Source: a virus. Taken from it: DNA of 64,000 nt. Both the position numbers and the translations under genes were made by a program. The stretch lies in IMG/VR virus record IMGVR_UViG_3300044957_000619. One strand, given 5' to 3'. Below, one piece after another: positions 56,672 through 64,000 of the stretch. The notes beneath the pieces were generated by a model. That model was not told the origin of the DNA. It made no database searches and saw nothing but the letters and a program-made list of their open reading frames with translations. Position 1 is the stretch's first letter, and each line of letters begins with the position of its first letter.

Positions 56672-56892
56672 CTATAACAACATATCATCATCAATTTCTT
56701 CTGCATCCTGTATGGTTTCGCAAAATATAAAGTGCGTATCTGAACGCAAAACATGATCAGCTCGTACCCATTCCATATACAATTTAACATATTCCATATC
56801 AGGTTGTTCTCCTATCTTGCGAGCAAAATATGATACAGATTTTTTTTTAAAATAATGTATGCAGCATCACCATGTTTGTATATTGATCTCAT
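56672..56892 (-). pseudogene. Gene of about 73 aa split by a -1 frameshift at TTTT-A9
   Basis: MRSIYKHGDAAYIIL, then the -1 frame reads KKKSVSYFARK...WVRADHVLR... Confidence 0.55.
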
Positions 56893-57122
56893 TGTCCCCA
56901 TTCTTCATAACCCAATTGTATTGCATCTGAAATATCTAGTTTAGGATTTTCTTTCATGCGTTTCAATGCCCAAGTAACAACTTCCGTTTCTACTTTCAAA
57001 TCACGTGCATCACGCAATACATGTTCTACAATATCCAAAGACCGATGAATATCTTCCACCGGCCTTGGTTTGGGTGTCATTAACACCTTAAGTACTTTTT
57101 GATATAATTTGGTTTGCTTCAT
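56889..57122 (-). CDS. Hypothetical protein
   Basis: 77 aa; EVVTWALK.MKENP. Confidence 0.7.
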   Translation of the reverse strand: MKQTKLYQKVLKVLMTPKPRPVEDIHRSLDIVEHVLRDARDLKVETEVVTWALKRMKENPKLDISDAIQLGYEEWGQ

Positions 57123-57123
57123 G

Positions 57124-58770
<1,647 letters not shown>

Positions 58771-58783
58771 TTAATATAAATAT

Positions 58784-60826
58784 TCATTTAGCAATTTCCA
58801 AGAACTTGGAATTCAATGTTCTAGCAACTTCTTGCATATTCTTCGGATCGATAAATTTAGCATCTTGTCCGTACATGGTATGAAATGGAGTCTTTTCATA
58901 ACTACGTCCACTATCAGCAATAAAATAACTAATAACATTGATACCTGATTCTCGGAATCCATTGATGACTCTGCGAGTAAATTGAACGCCATCGTATCGA
59001 TAAGCAACACCTGATACATCGGTTGGGTATCCATCTGAGTAATTGATAAAAATGCACTCGTCACCCTTTGCATCTCGTTTAATATCTTGTTCAATGCTCT
59101 TAAATGCCAATCCTTCCGGAGTACATCCAAACGTATCTAGATATTTGAAATAGTTACGAATCTTACTCATTTTATCTTGTGCCGAATCGTATGCATACAA
59201 TGTAATTGCTTTTTCTCGGTTACTTATTGATGCTTCGGTACCGCGCAATGAAATTTGTACGCGTATGCCGGTTGTCATTGAAGCAGCTTGTGCAATTGCA
59301 ACGGCTGACATAATGGCATTACGAAATTTGATACCAGTCATCGATCCAGATGCATCAATTGAAATATGAATAAAATAATTCTTGTATCGATCCGTAACAA
59401 TGCGATGAAACACGTTAGCATTGTCATAACCTAATTGCGAAATCAATCTGCGATCAATTTTACCTGTTTGCAAACGAGTGGTCTTTAAGGTTCGGTCCGC
59501 ATTTCGAAGTTGCAACTTGCGTCCCAATGCCTTGCCTAAAACGATACCCTGCGTAACAGTTTGGTCATTTTGAACAAGCGTACTAACACGAGGTCGATCA
59601 AATTGTGCATCGTTTGCATAATTCAATTTACCAGAAACATAATCATTAGAATAAGACGTAAATAAATATGGCATTGCTGCGATGATACCCGGAGTCAATT
59701 TCTTGATAACAATTGTATCAACGAAATCTGAAGTACCAGATTCATTTGTTGCTACTTGACGAACCTCTGTGCCAGATTCTCGAATTGCATTAACTCTGCT
59801 TGCCTGCGTTTTAGTCAATTTACCCGTTTTTTTGTTGTCACCTTTAAGGAAGTCTCGTTGCTTTTCAATTGCCGTTTCCAATTTTTTAAGATCATTTGCT
59901 GACAATGAAGCTTTACCATCAACGCCGCCTTTGGTTGCTTCGATAGAGTCATCGCCTTCGCCATCTTCATCGGATGCATCACCGCCGCCGCCTTGCTGAG
60001 ATTCATCGCCGTCTTGCGGTTGCACTTTGTCTGAACCAGCAGCTGCTTCTGCTTCTGCTACAGCATTCTTAACCAATTTGTATACTTTACATGCAACTAA
60101 CAATGCATCTTCGGTAGATTGCAATCTTTGAATATTTCTAAGATCAATCACATTCCAAATTTCTTGCAATGCTGCAAGAGCTTTCAAATTGCGATTAAGA
60201 TTCGTTAGGTTGATGATATGAAACATGTAATCCTCCCATGTCTCTTGACATTTCTCATTAGCTTGAAGCGCTCTGTCGATAACTTTGTCATTGAAGTACT
60301 TATCATACATTGCCTCATAATACATACGGTATCCTGGCGCATTTGTATAGATATAAAAATCAATGCGTCGATCCTCAATCCAATTCAATAAATCTTTAAT
60401 AATGCTAAAGTCACTGTGAGTCATTGTCATATCTGGATCAAGTCCATTCATCCGAACAATTTGTGCCATTGGTGAGCTTGTTAAAATTCCACCCTTGAAC
60501 ATGTTAAAGTCAGTCAAAGCAATATGTGAACCTTCATGCAATGCTAATCCAACAGCCGGATCGAAATTCTTGTCATCAAGCTTGGTGCCAATTACAACGG
60601 ATTCGCCATCGGTATAACTTGCATCTGTAGACTGAAATACTACGGGAATTGCTTTGCCTGTTACAATGTTAACAAAATTAGCAATGGCACGTTGTGTTGC
60701 AGCCAACTTGGTATAGTCAATACCATCACCTCGTTTAAAATTTGTATGAAAATCATCCGTTAACCAAAAGCTAGATGCTGACTTTGAATAATATCGTTTG
60801 CCATCAAATTTACCTAATATACTCAT
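58784..60826 (-). CDS. vWA-domain protein with an N-terminal HExxH region (CobT-like)
   Basis: LHEGSH, IEDRRI, MIDAS motif IDASGSM, TPEG, YSDG. Confidence 0.85.
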   Translation of the reverse strand: MSILGKFDGKRYYSKSASSFWLTDDFHTNFKRGDGIDYTKLAATQRAIANFVNIVTGKAIPVVFQSTDASYTDGESVVIGTKLDDKNFDPAVGLALHEGSHIALTDFNMFKGGILTSSPMAQIVRMNGLDPDMTMTHSDFSIIKDLLNWIEDRRIDFYIYTNAPGYRMYYEAMYDKYFNDKVIDRALQANEKCQETWEDYMFHIINLTNLNRNLKALAALQEIWNVIDLRNIQRLQSTEDALLVACKVYKLVKNAVAEAEAAAGSDKVQPQDGDESQQGGGGDASDEDGEGDDSIEATKGGVDGKASLSANDLKKLETAIEKQRDFLKGDNKKTGKLTKTQASRVNAIRESGTEVRQVATNESGTSDFVDTIVIKKLTPGIIAAMPYLFTSYSNDYVSGKLNYANDAQFDRPRVSTLVQNDQTVTQGIVLGKALGRKLQLRNADRTLKTTRLQTGKIDRRLISQLGYDNANVFHRIVTDRYKNYFIHISIDASGSMTGIKFRNAIMSAVAIAQAASMTTGIRVQISLRGTEASISNREKAITLYAYDSAQDKMSKIRNYFKYLDTFGCTPEGLAFKSIEQDIKRDAKGDECIFINYSDGYPTDVSGVAYRYDGVQFTRRVINGFRESGINVISYFIADSGRSYEKTPFHTMYGQDAKFIDPKNMQEVARTLNSKFLEIAK

Positions 60827-60884
60827 ATGCTCTTTATTTTATATAAAATATGAAATTACTATTCAGTTTCCAACCAAATACAGC

Positions 60885-60908
60885 AAAAAGGCGACATTTC
60901 TGCCGCCT
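60885..60908 (-). terminator. Intrinsic terminator
   Basis: AGGCGGCA-GAAA-TGTCGCCT followed by a T-tract. Confidence 0.8.
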
Positions 60909-60925
60909 CTTTGAGCTATGAAAAA

Positions 60926-62101
60926 TCAGAATGAGGTTTCTTGTCCGTTGGCGTCCGTACCGGTATTAAAGATGTCTTTCATTTCGGTTGCCATATGCTT
61001 TTGAATGATCTGCTTAACAAAGGTCCTTTCAGAATCTGTACCACCAGATGCATCAAAGAAAGGAAGAATTGCAACCTCTGCAGCCTCAGACAAAGAAAAG
61101 CCATCAGCTAACAAATCACATACGCGCACCGTCATACGAGTGGATACCATTGTGGTAAGTTTACCTTCTTCGGATCTCCATTCTTTGCGTGTTGCATCTG
61201 CAATATCTGCTACTGCGTGAATCAATTCGCGGGATACTGTCGGGAATCGTTTTGTCAATAAATCTTCTTCTTGAGATAGTGATAAGATGTCAACTTCAAT
61301 GATTTCAAAACGATCCATCAATGCTCGGTCTAATACTCGAGTGGATGTATATTCGGTACCAATGTTTGCTGTTGCAATAAACGATACACCTGATGCAACT
61401 CGAATGGTAGGCGAATTGATGTCTTCATCCAATCGCAGATACCTTTGACCCTCATCCAATACTGTCATCAAGATGTTCCATGCTTCAGGGTGTGCACGAG
61501 ACAACTCATCAAGCAAAATAACTGCATTTTGTGTTTTAATTGCTTTAACGAAAGCCGATTCGTCAAATGATGTTTGGCCATCAACGAAATGCGTATTACC
61601 AATCAATGTGGATCTTGGATCTTGTGTTGCACCCAAGTTAAAATAAAAGAATGGTCGATTGGTTGCTACCGGAAGATCTTTTGCGGCTTGCGTCTTACCA
61701 CAACCTGCCGGGCCAACCATCATGATGTTTTTGCCACGCACTGCCGATCGAACCAAATATTTCCATTTGATGTCGGACATTTCCAATGTTGCAGGCTTAA
61801 TTTTATAAGCATTCTGAATTAGGCTAAGCACTGCATCTTGTTCTTGTGGCATAAGTTGTGGTGTTGGTTGTGACTGTTTAATGTGTGACTGTTTAATGTC
61901 TTCTAGTTCAATGCCGGCTTTATTCATACGCTTTGCACGGCCGGTTACTTCATCAAACAACAATATTTCGTCGTTGTTAAATGCATGCTTAATCATTACG
62001 GCACGAAATAATTCGGTAATGTCTTTGCCCGTGCTAAATTCAATAATACGTTGATTGCCATTTATCAAGGTTGGCACACCAATAACTTTTTTGTTTTTCA
62101 T
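60926..62101 (-). CDS. MoxR/CobS-like AAA+ ATPase
   Basis: GPAGCGKT, ILLDELSRA, FIATAN, LDRALMDRF. Confidence 0.9.
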   Translation of the reverse strand: MKNKKVIGVPTLINGNQRIIEFSTGKDITELFRAVMIKHAFNNDEILLFDEVTGRAKRMNKAGIELEDIKQSHIKQSQPTPQLMPQEQDAVLSLIQNAYKIKPATLEMSDIKWKYLVRSAVRGKNIMMVGPAGCGKTQAAKDLPVATNRPFFYFNLGATQDPRSTLIGNTHFVDGQTSFDESAFVKAIKTQNAVILLDELSRAHPEAWNILMTVLDEGQRYLRLDEDINSPTIRVASGVSFIATANIGTEYTSTRVLDRALMDRFEIIEVDILSLSQEEDLLTKRFPTVSRELIHAVADIADATRKEWRSEEGKLTTMVSTRMTVRVCDLLADGFSLSEAAEVAILPFFDASGGTDSERTFVKQIIQKHMATEMKDIFNTGTDANGQETSF

Positions 62102-62148
62102 AACTCTTTATTTTCTATAAAATATGAAATAAAGCGTTACATTCCAAC

Positions 62149-62262
62149 CTATTCTTCTTGTTTTTTATGTTTTTTCTTGCGGGTGTAAGATTTTTTACTT
62201 TTCTGAATAATTGGACGCGTTGCTTGCCAAATTTCTTGCATAGTTACTTCAATCTTTTTCAT
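62149..62262 (-). CDS. 37-aa basic peptide (not in track)
   Basis: MKKIEVTMQEIWQATRP...KKSYTRKKKHK. Confidence 0.6.
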   Translation of the reverse strand: MKKIEVTMQEIWQATRPIIQKSKKSYTRKKKHKKQEE

Positions 62263-62298
62263 GGTGCTAATATATGAAAATGTTTCGTGAAATTTAAA

Positions 62299-62661
62299 TT
62301 ACCATTTTCTACAAGACCAATATCTTGCTGAGGTTCTGTCCTTGGCAGTATGACAACGGTGTCTTGCTCTAAATGAACGCCTACGTGCAGGATTGCTCTT
62401 GCGTATTCTCATATTAGGGTCGCCGAAGTTGACCTTTACAACGTTGCCTTTAGCATTTTTAACGTAGACTTTGAATTTTTTGACATCGCCACGCATTGGT
62501 TTACCTAATTGCACTTTGCGTCCTTGATATTCAGCTTCATTGATTCCAGATTCCTTGATGGTTACATATTCTGGATTTTCGTCTGCAGATTTTATTGTTT
62601 CAATTAAACATTCGGCGCAATATGCTTCTGCTACCGGTATTTGCGATTCATGTAATGTCAT
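62299..62661 (-). CDS. Basic phage protein (DUF6321-like)
   Basis: KKFKVYVKN..GNVVKVNFGDPNMRI...RRSFRARH.C...ARYWSC..W. Confidence 0.75.
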   Translation of the reverse strand: MTLHESQIPVAEAYCAECLIETIKSADENPEYVTIKESGINEAEYQGRKVQLGKPMRGDVKKFKVYVKNAKGNVVKVNFGDPNMRIRKSNPARRRSFRARHRCHTAKDRTSARYWSCRKW

Positions 62662-62665
62662 TTTA

Positions 62666-63268
62666 TTACCTTAAATATTCGTTTTTAAGATTTAGTTGCA
62701 ATTTGGCTATAAAATTGTTGATTTGTTTAAATGCTTCGTCTTTTAGTTGTTTGCGAACATCTTCCATGGAACGCTCGCCAAACAACGTTTCTCGACCCTT
62801 TGCATCTTTCTCGATGTATTTTTCAAGTTCTTTTAATTTGTATTGAATTTTATTTTTAGTGATAAGACCGGTAATCCATTTAGACACTTTTGTTTTACGG
62901 CCATATTCATCCGCTACAGTACCTGCCAGCAAATCTTCCCAATCGGGCATTTTAGTACTGTATTCTGGTTTACCATCTATACGGTCTGTCTGCGCAACTA
63001 TGTCTCGCATTTCAAACCAAAAGCTAGCATATTCTTCACTTAGTGAGCTAATATCAATTGAAAATTCTTTAGATTCATATGGCACGCCAATGCGATCCAA
63101 TCTACGAGATGATTTAGTATCTGGCAATGCTGCTAATGCACTCAACACTGAATCTTGTTGCTGCTCGATGCTTGGATTGCGATCCATGGAAACATATTCT
63201 CGAGCTTTGTCTAAAGGCAACGCCTCTTTGATTAGTTGAATTTCTAAAAGTGTTTTCAATTTAATCAC
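62666..63268 (-). CDS. Hypothetical late protein
   Basis: MIKLKTLLE leader. Confidence 0.7.
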   Translation of the reverse strand: MIKLKTLLEIQLIKEALPLDKAREYVSMDRNPSIEQQQDSVLSALAALPDTKSSRRLDRIGVPYESKEFSIDISSLSEEYASFWFEMRDIVAQTDRIDGKPEYSTKMPDWEDLLAGTVADEYGRKTKVSKWITGLITKNKIQYKLKELEKYIEKDAKGRETLFGERSMEDVRKQLKDEAFKQINNFIAKLQLNLKNEYLR

Positions 63269-63969
63269 TATAACTCCTGACGAATTGCTAGTTTAGGAAG
63301 ATATGCTTTCCACGCATTTAATATATTTTCTTTTTCTTGCGGAGTAATTGTTTCATTATCTACCCACATAGATAAATATTCATCAACTACTGTTTTGAAT
63401 GGTTGTTTGCTTTTTTTTGCCTTGAAATACAAACCTTGAAGCATTGCTGGTATTTCCTTTGGCAACGTAAAATAACGAGCTGCAGGCAGATTACCGGCTT
63501 CAACTTTATTTCTAAGATTTTGATCAGATGCAATATATTTGCCATCAATTGTATTCCAACCTGATTGCGTTACATGTTCAATTTCATGACGCAATGTATC
63601 GCGTAGATTCATTGCAATGCTACTTAATACGCGAGGATATTCTGCTGGATCAATCTGGAACCGTACTTCAATTAACGGCGGTTCGTTTGATTCTCGTTTA
63701 GAATCATTATATGCATCACCTCCATATTTAAGATCATCTAAACCTTCAATCCATTGTACTTTGAGTTGCAAATAAAATTCTACCGGAATAGTTGCATTTT
63801 CTATTTCTTCAAAATATATTTTAGGTTGAGTTTCATCATCTTCAATGTGAGGTACCGTTTCTCCTTGTTTGTAAAAGATCCTTACACTGCCATATCGGCC
63901 TTCGGGATCGGATACTGCTGAATAGCTTTCTTTGATTATGCTAAGCAATTTGTTTGACAATGAAGTCAC
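63268..63969 (-). CDS. HExxH metallopeptidase-like protein
   Basis: LRHEIEHVTQ...YF..PKEIPA; GTG start uncertain. Confidence 0.65.
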   Translation of the reverse strand: MTSLSNKLLSIIKESYSAVSDPEGRYGSVRIFYKQGETVPHIEDDETQPKIYFEEIENATIPVEFYLQLKVQWIEGLDDLKYGGDAYNDSKRESNEPPLIEVRFQIDPAEYPRVLSSIAMNLRDTLRHEIEHVTQSGWNTIDGKYIASDQNLRNKVEAGNLPAARYFTLPKEIPAMLQGLYFKAKKSKQPFKTVVDEYLSMWVDNETITPQEKENILNAWKAYLPKLAIRQEL

Positions 63970-64000
63970 TAAAGAATCATAACGACCTTCTAAAAATAAT

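Overview
This 64 kb window comes from a large AT-rich tailed phage with a myovirus-type baseplate. The host is almost certainly a Bacteroidota bacterium, judged from TTG-N20-TAnnTTT(A) promoters, a T9SS type-B cargo protein, a DUF4494-like gene and mostly SD-less A-rich leaders. Almost all genes are on the minus strand. Layout: (1-18 kb) tail, baseplate and fibre genes; (18-23 kb) gp55-like late sigma factor, HD hydrolase and UvsE; (23-32 kb) the only plus-strand island, with three OmpA-like-domain proteins and two membrane-segment proteins interleaved with oppositely oriented secreted genes, two of them CAP-domain; (32-40.7 kb) small genes and a GH19 lysin; (40.7-48 kb) an early module with nine near-identical strong promoters, a sigma70 and an AAA+ ATPase, bounded by a C-run/G4 tract and a phased CTAAAAAT array; (48-64 kb) small genes, a SprB-like T9SS cargo, tRNA-Glu, ThyA, GroEL and a vWA/MoxR pair. 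The most unusual signals are: a set of non-coding elements complementary to the phage's own translation-initiation regions; the OmpA-like/CAP island; a shared N-terminal L-x-E leader on many unrelated late proteins; and an overprinted reading frame revealed by a diverged duplication. All family calls come from motif recognition by eye; no searches were run.
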